From: Macrostomum lignano
Taxonomy: Eukaryota
DNA: 64,000 bases
Assembly: GCA_002269645.1 (NCBI GenBank)
Contig: NIVC01000102.1
Coordinates: 205,950 to 269,949, forward strand
Reading direction: 5' to 3'
Shown: positions 11,381 through 24,981 of the stretch, piece by piece
How the letters are laid out: every line of letters starts with the position of its first letter
How positions within the stretch are numbered: position 1 is the first letter of the stretch
The notes under the pieces: generated by a model
What the model saw: only the letters and a program-made list of their open reading frames with translations
The model's database searches: none
Told to the model about the DNA's origin: nothing
Translations under genes and position numbers: made by a program

Positions 11381-14300
11381 ATGTCAGACTTAGCAACGGA
11401 ATCCTCGTCTTCTTGTTTGCCTCTGAAAACGGAGCCAAATATGGAAACAAATATTGCAACGGCAGCCCTAGCCGATAAGGCGTCAACCGCGTTAGCGCCT
11501 TCCTGTCACATCGACTTGACTTTGAATCCGGAAACTCCGCCACCTCCTCCAGTTCCTTCGGCTACTACTGCAACTGTTCCTTTGGCGAAGCCTCTAGTTA
11601 CAGCGCGGGCTCCTTCTCAGCAGCAGCAGCAGCAACAACAACATTTTGTTGCCGTGATCTCGCAGCCTCAGCAGCAACATCAATTCCAGCAGGTTCGGCC
11701 TAAACCAATCCAGCCCGCTTTCAAACAGCAGGGGCCTAATCAAGCCTTGACTTCCATTAGTGCATCGGGTACTGCTAATGCAGCCGCTCCTGTTGCTGCA
11801 TCGGCTAGACCCATTGCTCCATTGCAGCATCATGGTCAGCTGAAGGCTATCGCTCCTCATACTGGATCGCGGCAACAGCAACAGCAGCAGCAGCAACACC
11901 AGCCTTATCATCATCCTCCTCCTCCTCACCAGACTCAGGCTTCTCAGCCTAATTCAACAGCAGCAGCTCAACTGCATCATCAGCATCCGCATAACCAGAT
12001 GCAAACTGCTGGCTTCTGCTTCCCAACTGGTCCTATGATGATGGTGTATCCGCAAAGCATCATGGTGCAGTCCGCTCCTTTAGCTATTCACACTTCGCAG
12101 GGCTTCGTAGCCGCATCATTTGCTCCGGGACCTCCGCCTTCGTCAGCTTCCGCTTCAACTACAACTGGCATAGTGGCATCATCGGCTTCCGGAGCTGTCG
12201 TCTGTTCTAGCACTTCCTCAGCTGCCATAGCATCCATAGCTGGCACTGCTGCAGTTGTTACTCCTCACAGCAGCATGTCGGCAGCTCATCAATCAGCTGC
12301 TGCTATTGCAACTAGTAGTAGCTCAACAATTCAGCCAGTGTCGTCTTTTGGAGCCGCGGTACTGACTACAACTACCACATCGTCTGCGTCAGCTGCTAGA
12401 CAGCATTCCTCATCAGAGACAGAAGAGCAGAAACAGAAACAGCAACAACAGCAACAGCAACACCAGCAAAGATTATTCGATTTGAATCTCAGACCGCAGG
12501 AGAGCGCTTTAATCTTGCAACGACTTGGCGGCCCAGCCGCTGTGGCAACGCAGCCGGCCGCCGCGGTCTTGTCCGCTCCTCCTCTGCCATCTAATTCTAG
12601 CAGCCCCATTAAGTCGCATACTGCTGTTACGCCTGCGGCTGCTTTGGTGCCTCCGCTACCTCCGCCGCCACCAATTCAGCCGCCTGTGCCTCCGGCATCA
12701 GCTCCTATTGCTCCCCCTAGTAGCAAGCCGCAGCAGGAAAAGCCTCAACAACAACAGCAAGAGAAACAGCAGCAATCTAAAATCATTCCAACAAACGTGT
12801 CCGCTAATACAGAATGTGAAAATCAACCAGAGCAAAGCGATTCAAAACCGAAACAGCCAGTAGAGCAAACAATGCCGCAATCGCAGTGCCAGCAGTTGCA
12901 GTGCATTGAAAATCAACAGGTTGTTGCAGAAAGCCCTGACAATTCTGCAGCTGATGAGGGTAAACTATCTTGCTCGCCGGCGGTTGTCTCTGTCTCTGAG
13001 TCAGTAACTCAAGTTGCTTCTACGGCTGCAGATTCTCAAGTTAGCAATAATGGTACTGCCAGTGCAGTCGTTGCAGCTAATGGTGGCGCAGTTACTACTA
13101 GTATTAATAACAGTAATAGCTGCAGCAACAATGAGCCAAGAATTATTAAGCATCTTATTGACGGCTTTGTAGTGCTGGAGAGTAATCAACCGTTTCCAGT
13201 GAGTGATGGGGCGTTATTATGGTTATGTGACAATTTGAGCAGTGAGTCTCTAAATGTGATCAGTGAGTATCAGAATGTGAGTAGTGAGTGTCAGAATCCG
13301 ATCGATGAGTGTCAGAATGTGAGTAGTGAGTGTCAGAATGTGAGTAGTGAGTGTCAGAATGTGAGCAGTCAGTGAGTGTCAGAATGTGAGCAGTCAGTGA
13401 GTGTCAGAATGAAAGTAGTGGGTGTCAGAATGAGAGTAGTGAGTGTCAGAATGTGATCAGTGAGTCTCTAAATGTGATCAGTGAGTGTCAGAATGTGAGT
13501 AGTGAGTGTCAGAATCCGATCGATGAGTGTCAGAATGCGATCAGTGAGTGTCAGAATCTGATCAGTGAGTGTCATACTGTGAGTAGTGAGTGTCATATTG
13601 TGAGTAGTGAGTGTCATATTGTGAGTAGTGAGTGTCAGAATGTGATCAGTGAGTGTCAGAATGTGAGTAGTGAGTGTCATATTGTGAGTAGTGAGTGTCA
13701 GAATGTGATCAGTGAGTGTCAGAATGTGAGTAGTGAGTGTCAGAATGTGAGTAGTGAGTGTCAGAATGTGAGTAGTGAGTGTCAGAATGAGAGTAGTGAG
13801 TGTCAGAATGTGATCAGTGAGTGAGTCAAAATATGATCAATAATTGTCAGAACGGGAGCAATGCGTGTCAAAATGTAAGCAGTGAGTGTCAGATATTAAT
13901 GTAGATTTGTAAGTATTTAAATACTTTATGTACTTGTTTAGTGATGTTAATAGCAACAACTTGAACACCTCACGCAGGTGAAGCGGCCCTATCCTGAGGT
14001 AAACGGCTGCGCGGCTGCCACCTACGGCCCTAGCTTCAAAGTGCTCAAAGCCACTGGCGGCATCTCCAAATCCGTAAACCTAGACGGTGAAGAAGTTGAG
14101 CAGCCCACCTACGTTACGCTGAACTCTGTTGGCGCTTTGATGTGCGAATTTTGCGGCAAATTTAAACCGTTTCAAACTTTCAAAGCCAGCAGAAGATTTT
14201 GTTCCGTCAGCTGCGCCAGAAAGTACAATGTTAGCAAGAAGGTGGAAAAGCAGCGGCTGAAGAGGGAGGCCCCTGCGCCGCAGAATGTGAGTTGTTGGAA

Positions 14301-15420
14301 AGCTGTGAGATTAGATGCTGTAGCTAGTAGACTATGAGATTAGATGCCGTAGCTAGGAGCAGACTATGAGATTAGATGCCGTAGCTAGGAGCAGACTATG
14401 AGATTAGATGCCGTAGCTAGTAGAATATGAGATTAGATGCCGTAGCTAGGAGCAGACTATGAGATTAGATGCCGTAGCTAGGAGCAGACTATGAGATTAG
14501 ATGCCGTAGCTAGGAGCAGACTATGAGATTAGATGCCGTAGCTAGAAGCAGACTTTGAGATTAGATGCCGTAGCTAAGAGTAGTGTGAGATTAGATGCCG
14601 TAGCTAAAAGGTGATTAGGAGATTGGATACCACAGACTGTGACATTAGCTCACAATAGCCCAGTAAGACTACATGAGGTTATGAGACCAAGTACAATTCA
14701 TATTTAACCTTTGATTTCTCACAGCCGGATACAGACCAACTCTCACACCGAGCCCTACAACCGAAGCAAGCAAAAGTGGAGCCTCAGGACGAGCAGCAGC
14801 AGCAAAGCTTGGACAGCTCTGTCAAAGAGCAACAGCAGCAGAAGCCAGACGACATCGCGGATGCTGTTGACGGTAACGCAAGCTGCAACGAGGCCAGCGG
14901 CCTATTAGACCAGTTCTACCAAGCCGACAATGAGAATGATAACAATATCAACAATGCCACAGATGTTCGGGATAGTCAGCGCGATGTCGAGCAGCTGCAG
15001 GAGCAGCAGCAGCCGCAGGAGGACGCAGACGAGGACGCGACGGTGGCTCAAGATGATTCACTAGGCGATCACGATCGAGTGGATCTGGATCCTTGCGGTC
15101 AAGCGCAGGCGGCCCTTGAACCCGAGAAGGCGCCGCAACAGTCCAGCGCTAGCGAATCGGTGGAGCCTCAGCGACCTGCTAGACCGGAGGTGCTGAACTG
15201 GTCGGTGTCGGATGTCCACCAGCTGGTGGCTTCCACGCCCGGTTGCGCTCCGTTCGCTGTGAATTTTCGTCTACAGGAGATTGATGGAGAAGCTCTGCTG
15301 TTGTTGAAAGAAGAGAACTTGATGAGACCGCCTTTGAGTATGAAGCTGGGACCGGCTTTGAAGTTGTCGGCCCGAATTGAGGAGGCCAGGGCTACTGTAC
15401 CGCCTGATTTCTTTGCTTGA
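11381..15420 (+). CDS. ph: Polyhomeotic-like PRC1 subunit (HD1, FCS zinc finger, SAM); exons 11381-13198, 13978-14286, 14725-15420 (about 940 aa)
   Basis: HD1 motif IIKHLIDGFVVLESNQPFP|V; FCS finger CEFCGK...SRRFCSVSCARKYNV; C-terminal SAM WSVSDVHQLVASTPGC..F...EIDGEALLLLKEENL...MKLGPALK. Both introns are GT-AG and phase 0. Long Q/P/A-rich N-terminus. Confidence 0.92.
13240..13890. repeat. 21-bp minisatellite (gtgagtgtcagaatgtgagta) in ph intron 1
   Basis: Tandem copies visible; source of the spurious SECQNVS-repeat ORFs. Confidence 0.93.
14306..14610. repeat. 32-bp minisatellite (gagattagatgccgtagctaggagcagactat) in ph intron 2
   Basis: About 9 tandem copies. Confidence 0.93.
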
Positions 15421-15549
15421 GTTTGGGCAACTTTGTCCGGGACCTTTGTACTACTTTTTCCTATCAAGAAATATCAAATTTTCAAAATTTTATTTTTTCA
15501 AAAAAGTTTCAAAAATCCTAAAATTTAAAATTTTCTGGAATATAATGAC

Positions 15550-16190
15550 TTGGAATTTCACGATTCCTGGAAACTTATGAATCATGTAATTTCAGGTTTT
15601 CTAGAATTTTGTTTTTTGGTATTTTATGATTCGTCGCAGTCCATGATTCCTGGAATTCCAAATTTCCTAGAATTTCATAAATCTCGTGATTCCTGTAATT
15701 TCGGATTTCCGGGAATTTCACATTTCCTAGAATTTCATGAATCTCATGATTCCTGGAATTTCATATTTCCTGGAATTTCATGAATCTCATGATTCCTGGA
15801 ATTTCACATTTCCTAGAATTTCATGAATCTCATAATTCCTGGAATTTCATATTTCCTGGAATTTCATGAATTTCATGAATCTCATGATTCCTGGAATTTC
15901 ATATTTCCTGGAATTTCATGAATCTCATGATTCCTGGAATTTCACATTTCCTAGAATTTCATGAATATCACGATTCCTTGAATTTCACATTTCCTAGAAT
16001 TTCATATTTCTTGGAATTTCACATTTCCTAGAATTTCATATTTCTTGGAATTTCACATTTCCTGGAATTTCATATTTCCTGGAATTTCCCTGAAATTTCA
16101 TATTTCCTAGATTTCCACATTTCCTGGAATTTCATGATTCTTAAAGTTTAATGTTTTCTGGACTTTCATGTTCTCTAGTATTTAAACCTT
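15550..16190. repeat. Degenerate tandem repeat based on ggaatttcatatttcct / atgaatctcatgattcct, downstream of ph
   Basis: Recurrent ggaatttc modules. Confidence 0.85.
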
Positions 16191-16630
16191 ACCGAATTTC
16201 ATGCTTCGCAAAGCCTCAAAGTTTAACAAGGGCCAAACTTCATCACAATCACAATTTTTCGCATTCAATTTGGATGGATTGAAAAAGCTGAAAAACCTAG
16301 AAACCTAGAAACCTAGAAAGTTCTAACACATTTGTTTATTTTACATCGCGTTACAATCTGCTTTAGGTGGTTTTGAACTTTTTAAAAAATTTGAATAATT
16401 GAAAAAATAATGCTATTACCAACGTTCTTATTCAGCTCTTTTTCAATGCAATTTTAGTGCGTATTAGTGTCATTTTACATACTTTTTTCATGCTATTAAA
16501 TAGCCATGTATATATACATACTCCTACATTGTAATATTACAGTTTTTGTGCCTATGATTTACTTGTCCAGAAATTGCTAAAATCGTTGCAGTCACACATT
16601 TTCTTATTATCAATTTAATTTCTTTATTTC

Positions 16631-17040
16631 ACGATCTGTGGGTGTCTCTGATCTGTGGGTGTCTGATCTGTGGGTGTCTCTGATCTGTGGGTGTCTCTGA
16701 TCTGTGGGTGTCTCTGATCTGTGGGTGTCTGTGATCTGTGGGTGTCTCTGATCTGTGGGTGTCTCTGATCTGTGAGTGTCTGTGATCTGAGGGTGTCTGA
16801 TCTGTGAGTGTCTCTGATCTGAGGGTGTCTGATCTGTGGGTGTCTCTGATCTGTGGGTGTCTCTGATCTGTGAGTGTCTCTGATCTGTGGGTGTCTCTGA
16901 TCTGTGAGTGTCTCTGATCTGTGGGTGTCTCTGATCTGTGGGTGTCTCTGATCTGTGGGTGTCTCTGATCTGAGGGTGTCTGATCTGAGGGTGTCTGATC
17001 TGTGGGTGTCTCTGATCTGTGGGTGTCTCTGATCTGAGGG
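16631..17040. repeat. 17/15-bp minisatellite (tctgatctgtgggtgtc)
   Basis: Tandem copies visible. Confidence 0.95.
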
Positions 17041-17633
17041 TTGGTTTTTTATACATCTCCATTTTTCTTTTCACCCTGTCTACAATTGGTGCTCCAATGT
17101 TACATTATTATGTAGTAGACTAAATGTGTAGTGAGCCATTTCACAAGCGTTCTTTAATTAATTAAATAAAACTTTTATATCAAGGTTATAACAATTACAA
17201 CGTCGCAGAAAAGCGAGGGTTTCAACTACAGTTCATTCCTAATTTCTATTGCCGTTATATTAAAGTGTAGTGTGCAGTTATCTGCTTTTTAATTTACGTA
17301 ATTGTTTTAGTTGTTGTGCGTTAAATCGTTTTCTTTGTGTTGTACTCCTCCTATATATGCTGAACGTACCACTACTGTAGTCCAGTTAATTACCAGTTCG
17401 AATTGCTAGTCGCACGAGACCCTGTCTTTGAAATGAACATTTTATTGTACAAAGTATTTTGCGCATCGCAATTTTCTCTCTGACAATTGCCAGTGAACTT
17501 TGAATTTCTGTAGCCGTCAATTTGTAACTTTTCATTTAAGTGCAATGTAGTTTTATAACAATGATTTTGCTTGTGTGTTGCGATTCTATTAAAATGAATA
17601 TGTTGTTTGGATTTGTTTATTTACCACTGTATT

Positions 17634-18945
17634 CTAGGGTGTGCTCAGTCAAGGGTGTGCTCAGTGTAGGGTGTGCTCAGTCTAGGGTGTGCTCAGTACA
17701 GGGTGTGCTCAGTACAGGGTGTGCTCAGTGTAGGGTGTACTCAATGTAGAGTGTACTCAATGTAGGGTGTACTCAATGTAGAGTGTACTCAATGTAGGAT
17801 GTGCTCAGTGTAGGGTGTGCTCAATGTAGGGTGTGCCCAGTCTAGGGTCAGCTCAGCTCATGGTGTGCTCAGTCTAGTGTGTGCTCAGTCTAGGGTGTGC
17901 TCAGTCTAGTGTGTGCTCAGTCTAGTGTGTGCTCAGTCTAGGGTGTGCTCAGTCTAGTGTGTGCTCAGTCTAGGGTGTGCTCAGTCTAGTGTGTGCTCAG
18001 TCTAGGGTGTGCTCAGTCTAGTGTGTGCTCAGTCTAGGGTGTGCTCAGTCTAGTGTGTGCTCAGTCTAGGGTGTGTTCAGTCTAGTGTGTGCTCAGTCTA
18101 GTGTGTGCTCAGTCTAGGGTGTGCTCAGTCTAGTGTGTGCTCAGTCTAGGGTGTGCTCAGTCTAGGGTGTGCTCAGTGTAGGGTGTGCTCAGTCTAGTGT
18201 GTGCTCAGTCTAGGGTGTGCTCAGTCTAGTTTGTGCTCAGTCTAGGGTGTGCTCAGTCCAAAATGTGCTCAGTCTAGGGTGTGCTCAGTCTAGTGTGTGC
18301 TCAGTCTAGTGTGTGCTCAGTCTAGTGTGTGCTCAGTCTAGGGTGTGCTCAGTCTAGTGTGTGCTCAGTCTAGGGTGTGCTCAGTCTAGGGTGTGCTCAG
18401 TGTAGGGTGTGCTCAGTCTAGTGTGTGCTCAGTCTAGGGTGTGCTCAGTCTAGTGTGTGCTCAGTCTAGGGTGTGCTCAGTCTAGGGTGTGCTCAGTCTA
18501 GTGTGTGCTCAGTCTAGTGTGTGCTCAGTCTAGGGTGTGCTCAGTGTAGGGTGTGCTCAGTCTAGGGTGTGCTCAGTCTAGTGTGTGCTCAGTCTAGGGT
18601 GTGCTCAGTCTAGTGTGTGCTCAGTGTAGGGTGTGCTCAGTCTAGTGTGTGCTCAGTCTAGTGTGTGCTCAGTCTAGGGTGTGCTCAGTCTAGTGTGTGC
18701 TCAGTGTAGGGTGTGCTCAGTCTAGGGTGTGCTCAGTCCAAAATGTGCTCAGTGTAGGGTGTGCTCAGTATAGGGTGTGCTCAGTGTGTGCTCAGTGTAG
18801 GGTGACCAATGTAGGGTGTGCTCAATGTAGGGTGTGTTCAATTTAGGGTGTGCTCAATGTAGGGTGTGCTCAATGTAGGGTGTTCTTAATTGTAGGGTGT
18901 GCTCAGTGTGTGCTCAGTGTAGGGTGTGCTCAATGTGTGCTCAGT
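17634..18945. repeat. 16-bp minisatellite (tctagggtgtgctcag)
   Basis: About 80 copies with g/t variants. Confidence 0.95.
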
Positions 18946-19061
18946 CAGCAAATATCGAAATGCTTCTATCACTATTGCATGTAATTTCAATATTTATCTT
19001 CATAAACTTGCCACAACGACGGCACACACAGAGAATACCACGCGGACAACAGATCTGAGCG

Positions 19062-22000
19062 ATGAGCACACGAAGCAAGTCAGCTGCTGGTGGCATCCAA
19101 TTGAAATGCCGTTTATGCACCCTGCGCTTTAACACCGCGGAGGAATTGGACAAGCACACCTACTTGTGCCATCCTCAGGTGTCAGCCTCTGCAGCTGCTT
19201 CATCGCCCGCCATGTCAACGGCTGCCGCTGCGGCTGCCAACATGGCGGCAGCTGTGGCGGCTTCTCGTCTGCTGGCTCTGGGCATCGAGTCTGCCGAATC
19301 AGACATTGTTGGTTTTGCTGGTGGCGTCCTTAGCGCTCTGGAGAATCAGGTTGAAAAGCGAGTCTATTTTCTGAGCTAGATCTGACCTATTTTCTGAGCT
19401 AGAGCTGACCTATTTTCTGAGCTAGATCTGACCTATTTTCTGAGCTAGAGCTGACCTATTTTCTGAGCTAGATCTGACCTATTTTCTGAGCTAGAGCTGA
19501 CCTATTTTCTGAGCTAGATCTGACCTATTTTTCTGAGCTAGATCTGACCTTTTTTCTGAGCTAGAGCTGACCTATTTTCTGAGCTAGATCTGACCTATTT
19601 TCTGAGCTAGAGCTGAACTATTTTCTGAGCTAGAGCTGACCTATTTTTCTGAGCTAGAGCTGACCTACTTTCAGAGCTAGAGCTGACCTACTTTCAGAGC
19701 TAGAGCTGACCTACTTTCAGAGCTAGAGCTGACCTACTTTCTGAGCTAGAGCTGACCTATTTTCTGAGCTAGAGCTGACCTACTTTCAGAGCTAGAGCTG
19801 ACCTACTTTCTGAGCTAGAGCTGACCTACTTTTTAGGCTAGAGCTGACCTACTTTCTAAGCTAGATCTGACCTACTTTTTAGGCTAGACCTGACCTACTT
19901 TCTGAGCTAGATCTGACCTACTTTCTGAGCTAGAGCTGACCTACTTTCTGAGCTAGATCTGACCTACTTTCTGAGCTAGAGCTGACCGATTTTTCTGAGC
20001 TAGAGCTGACCTATTTTTCTGAGCTAGAGCTGACCTACTTTCTGAGCTAGAGCTGACCTACTTTCAGAGCTAGAGCTGACCTACTTTCTGAGCTAGAGCT
20101 GACCTACTTTCAGAGCTAGAGCTGACCTACTTTCAGAGCTAGAGCTGACCTACTTTCAGAGCTAGAGCTGACCTATTTTCTGAGCTAGAGCTGACCTACT
20201 TTCAGAGCTAGAGCTGACCTACTTTCAGAGCTAGAGCTGACCTACTTTCAGAGCTAGAGCTGACCTACTTTCTGAGCTAGAGCTGACCTATTTTCTGAGC
20301 TAGAGCTGACCTACTTTCTGAGCTAGAGCTGACCTACTTTCAGAGCTAGAGCTGACCTATTTTCTGAGCTAGAGCTGACCTACTTTCAGAGCTAGAGCTG
20401 ACCTACTTTCAGAGCTAGAGCTGACCTACTTTCTGAGCTAGAGCTGACCTATTTTCTGAGCTAGAGCTGACCTACTTTCAGAGCTAGAGCTGACCTACTT
20501 TCTGAGCTAGAGCTGACCTACTTTCTGAGCTACAGCTGACCCATTTATGGATTCTATCATTGTGTCCGCTGCCTCCCCCGCAGACGGATCCTCCGACATC
20601 GTCGAAATCTGCAGCCTTGCCAGCTTCCTCATTGGCTCATTCTGCTGTCGATTCTATAATAATGGCTTCATCAGCCGGCTCAGCTACTAATACGACCGCT
20701 AGTAACAATACTAATAGAAATAATAATAATAATAATAGTAATAATGGCTCAAAAACAGTCGCTAAAAAGCGCCGAATCCATCCCAGAGCCACCTGTCCGC
20801 ACTGTCACACCAGCTTCTCCAGACGCGCCACTCTAAAAGTACATTTAATCAGGCAGCGCTGCCCGGCGGTGAAGTGGCGCACAATTTCGGCCAATGCCGT
20901 TGTCAAATCGACATCGTCGGCGTTGAAAAGCTCCGGCCAGTTTGCTTGTCGAGAATGCGGTGCCAGGTTTCATAGAAAGTCCAACTGCACCAGACATATG
21001 CGAATGCACGACTATACCCGGCGAATGAAGGCTTTGAAAGATTGCGAGACTGGCCGCAATGAAAGAAACTCGCACTGCTGCAGTCTCTGCACCGAGTCGG
21101 ATACCGCGTTTGACGAGATCGGGCTTATCTGGTGGGTCAACGATTCAGGTCTCACTATTCAGGTTGAGATTCTTTATGATTCAGGTTGAGATTCTTTATG
21201 ATTCAGGTTGAGATTCTTTATGATTCAGGTTGAGATTCTTTATGATTCAGGTTGAGATTCTTTATGATTCAGGTTGAGATTCTTTATGATTCAGGGTTGA
21301 GATGCTTTATGATTCAGGTTGAGATTCTTTATGATTCAGGTTGAGATTCTTTATGATTCAGGGTTGAGATGCTTTATGATTCAGGTTGGGATTCTTCACT
21401 ATTCAGGTTGAGATACTTTATGATTCAGGGTTGAGATGCTTTATGATTCAGGTTGGGATTCTTCACTATTCAGGTTGAGATACTTTATGATTCAGGTTGG
21501 GATTCTTTATGATTCAGGTTGGGATTCTTCACTATTCAGGTTGAGATACTTTATGATTCAGGTTGGGATTCTTTATGATTCAGGTTGAGATTCTTCACTA
21601 TTCAGGGTTGAGATTCTTTACTATTCAGGTTGAGATTCTTCACTATTCAGGTTGAGATTCTTTACTATTCAGGTTGAGATTCCTCACTATTCAGGTTGAG
21701 ATTCCTCACTATTCAGGTTGAGATTCCTCACTATTCAGGTTGAGATTCCTCACTATTCAGGTTGAGATTCCTCACTATTCAGGTTGAGATTCTTCACTAT
21801 TCAGGTTGAGATTCTTCACTATTCAGGTTGAGATTCCTCACTATTCAGGTTGAGATTCCTCACTATTCAGGTTGAGATTCCTCACTATTCAGGTTGAGAT
21901 TCCTCACTATTCAGGTTGAGATTCCTCACTATTCAGGTTGAGATTCTTCACTATTCAGGTTGAGATTCTTCAGTATTCAGGTTGAGATTCTTCAGTATTC

Positions 22001-22661
22001 AGGTTGAGATTCTTCACTATTCAGGTTGAGATTCTTCACTATTCAGGTTGAGATTCTTCACTATTCAGGTTGAGATTCTTCACTATTCAGGTTGAGATTC
22101 TTCACTATTCAGGTTGAGATTCTTCACTATTCAGGTTGAGATTCTTCACTATTCAGGTTGAGATTCTTTGTGATTCAGGTTGAGATTCTTCAGTATTGAG
22201 GGTTGAGATTCTTCACAAGAAGGATAATCCTTAGAAAAGTTAGCATTCTTCATTCATTTCTAAATGTTCGCCATTCTGCCTCGCCATTTCGCAGCCACCT
22301 GTCGCAGTCGCACGGGTTAGCTGGCCGGCTACACCTGTGCAGCACCTGTCGCCAGGTGTTCACATCTCTCGCCGAGCTCCGCCAGCATCAGGAGGCCAGC
22401 CTCCATCAGCCGTGGCGCTCTTGCGATCGTCAGCAATGCCCGGCCAAGGACTGTCGGCGGTGCTTCACCTTGCCGAAGCACCTGGCGGAGCACCGGCTGC
22501 TGCACCCCACTCCGCCGCAGCTGCGGCCGCACCGCTGCCCGGTGTGCCTGGCTGCCGGCTGCAACGAAGATGACGTCACCTTCTGCTGGCAATTTCAATT
22601 GGTTGAGCACTGCGTTAGCGTCGGGCATTTGAGTCGCGTGGCCGAGATTCACCCGGCCTAA
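19062..22661 (+). CDS. Multi-C2H2 zinc-finger protein; exons 19062-19349, 20584-21131, 22295-22661 (about 400 aa, about 7 fingers)
   Basis: Fingers CRLC..HTYLCH, CPHC..HLIRQRC, CREC..HMRMH, CSTC..HQEASLH, CPAKDC..HRLLH, CPVC..HCVSVGH. The phase-2 splice 21131/22295 rebuilds a finger (CSLC...GLIC|HLSQSH), which supports the model. The exon-1 donor GTTGAA is weak but phase-compatible. Confidence 0.82.
19363..20540. repeat. 23-bp minisatellite (ctgagctagagctgacctatttt) in zinc-finger intron 1
   Basis: About 50 tandem copies. Confidence 0.95.
21140..22210. repeat. 22-bp minisatellite (ttcaggttgagattcttcacta) in zinc-finger intron 2
   Basis: About 48 tandem copies, with variants changing progressively along the array. 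Confidence 0.95.
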
Positions 22662-22736
22662 CTGACAGCTTTGAGAAGTGATTTGGGATTGGATCATCTC
22701 CCTTAATCCTCAATCCTTTGTTTCTTATCTTTCTTG

Positions 22737-22745
22737 GTCTGTGCC

Positions 22746-22816
<71 letters not shown>

Positions 22817-22939
22817 GTCTGTCTGTGTGTCTGTGTGTCTGTGTCTGTCTGTGTGTCTGTGTCTGTCTGTCTGTGTGTCTGTGTCTGTCTGTCTGTGTGT
22901 CTGTGTCTGTCTGTGTGTGTGTGTGTGTGTCTGTCTGTC

Positions 22940-22976
<37 letters not shown>

Positions 22977-23007
22977 GTGTCTGTCTGTCTCTGTCTGTCT
23001 GTCGACC

Positions 23008-23056
<49 letters not shown>
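22737..23056. repeat. (CTGT)n/(GT)n compound microsatellite
   Basis: Directly visible. Confidence 0.97.
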
Positions 23057-23057
<1 letters not shown>

Positions 23058-23757
23058 ATCTCTGCACCTATCGTCTGCTTGTCTATTTATCTAATCTTTG
23101 CATTTCTATTAACAAACTCTCAAGCCCGTTCTTTTTCTTGCACAAATATCTTGAACAGTGTTTGCTTTCATTTACTGACCATTTTATTATGTCCATTGTG
23201 CTCAACTTTTGACGGATATTCTATAAGCATTATTGAACTTATAATATATATGTATATGTATAAACTCTCACTAATCTCAAACTTTTATACTTTCTTATAT
23301 CTAGCATTATTTTTGTTTGGCTCATTACATGCTTTCACTAATATTCGGCACAATACTTCAAGCAGTTAATTGGTTTACTGTTCAGTGCGAGCATTCGTTC
23401 ACAACTTTTGTTTACACGGATGTCTACTTGCTTTTTTTTAGCTTTGTTATAATAAAGCGTGGTTCTCTTTTCATAAGCATGCAACTCCGTGCGTGCCCAT
23501 TTTTATCGCCTGCTTATTGCAGGTGCTGGTTTCCGCCACTTTTACATTAAAAAAACATATCTTCAAGGCTCAATATGCTATGTTTTGTCGATCCAACGGC
23601 ATTTAGCTTTGCAAGAAATATTTACTGGCTTTTTTGCACTTCTTCCTACTTTTTATTCTAAACCTTTTAATGTTGGAACATTAATTACAATTTTCAACCT
23701 TCAATGTTCTTTAAAATCGCCCTTTAGTCTTTTAATAAAATCCTCTTCTCTGTGAAG

Positions 23758-24440
23758 ACCGCTCTTTAATCTCCTTTAGAATCGCCCTTTAATCTCATTT
23801 AGAATCGCCCTTTAATCTCCTTTAGAATCGCCTTTTAATCTTCTTTAGAATCGCCCTTTAATCTTCTTTAGAATCGCCCTTTAATCTTTTTTTAGAATCG
23901 CCATTTAATCTTCTTTAGAATCGCCCTTTAATCTTCTTTAGAATCGCCCTTTAATCTCATTTAGAATCGCCCTTTAATCTCCTTTAGAATTGCCCTTTAA
24001 TCTTCTTTAGAATCGCCCTTTAATCTTCTTTAGAATCGCCCTTTAATCTTCTTTAGAATCGCCATTTAATCTCTTTTAGAATCGCCCTTTAATCTCCTTT
24101 AGAGTCGCCCTTTAATCTTTTTTAGAATCGCCCTTTTATCTCCTTTAGAATCGCCCTTTAATCTTCTTTAGAATCGCCCTTTAATCTTCTTTAGAATCGC
24201 CATTTAATCTCTTTTAGAATCGCCCTTTAATCTTCTTTAGAATCGCCCTTTAATCTTCTTTAGAATCGCCATTTAATCTCTTTTAGAATCACCCTTTAAT
24301 CTTCTTTACAATCGCCATTTAATCTCTTTTAGAATCGCCCTTTAATCTCCTTTAGAATCCCCCTTTAATCTCTTTTAGAATCGCCCTTTAATCTTTAGAA
24401 TCGCCATTTAATCTCCTCTAGAATCACCTTTAAATCGCTT
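23758..24440. repeat. 23-bp minisatellite (ttaatctcctttagaatcgccct)
   Basis: About 29 tandem copies. Confidence 0.95.
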
Positions 24441-24981
24441 TGTAGCCTTCCCCAGCAAAAGTATGCATCGGCCCTCTAATTTACTTATTAAATTGCCTCC
24501 ATGAATTTGTACTATTTTGTTCGCTCCTGCTTGTACAGCTCTTCAAGTCTTCTATAGAATAATAATAGCAATAATATATTTATTATGATAATAAGCTGCA
24601 TTCTGAAGCGGATATACTTTCAATAGTTATACGTTTAGCAATTTTCAAAGACAAAATACTTATATCGACATGTAACTAGGCAAGCCAGGCCCGTTTTGGG
24701 GGCCTGTATGTACATAGTCCATTATGCAATTTTAATTCTTACCTATTAGTATGTAGTTGCAATTTGCAATTTTCATTTAATTTGTGAATTTAATACCTTG
24801 AAAGCAAATATACATAATACATATATAAGCAGCGTCTGAGGCGTTTGCTTTTAAGCAGCTTATATTTAATTGAGTTATTTTGTTATCTGTTTAGTTTCTG
24901 CGTTATGATGATTAAGATTCTTAAGAAATTTTCACACCTCTTTGTCTTGCTTTACAGTACATTCCATTTTTAACGGCCTGC

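Noticed and set aside
13199-13375. SECQNV tail as the normal C-terminus of the 672-aa ORF
   Set aside because: The donor at 13199 completes the HD1 motif PFP|V with exon 2; the tail is intronic repeat and is kept only as a possible minor isoform.
8063-15420. Aveugle-like ORF as an upstream exon or duplicate of polyhomeotic because both have SAM domains
   Set aside because: It has its own stop codon, and its SAM resembles the Aveugle type rather than the Ph type; the adjacency looks coincidental.
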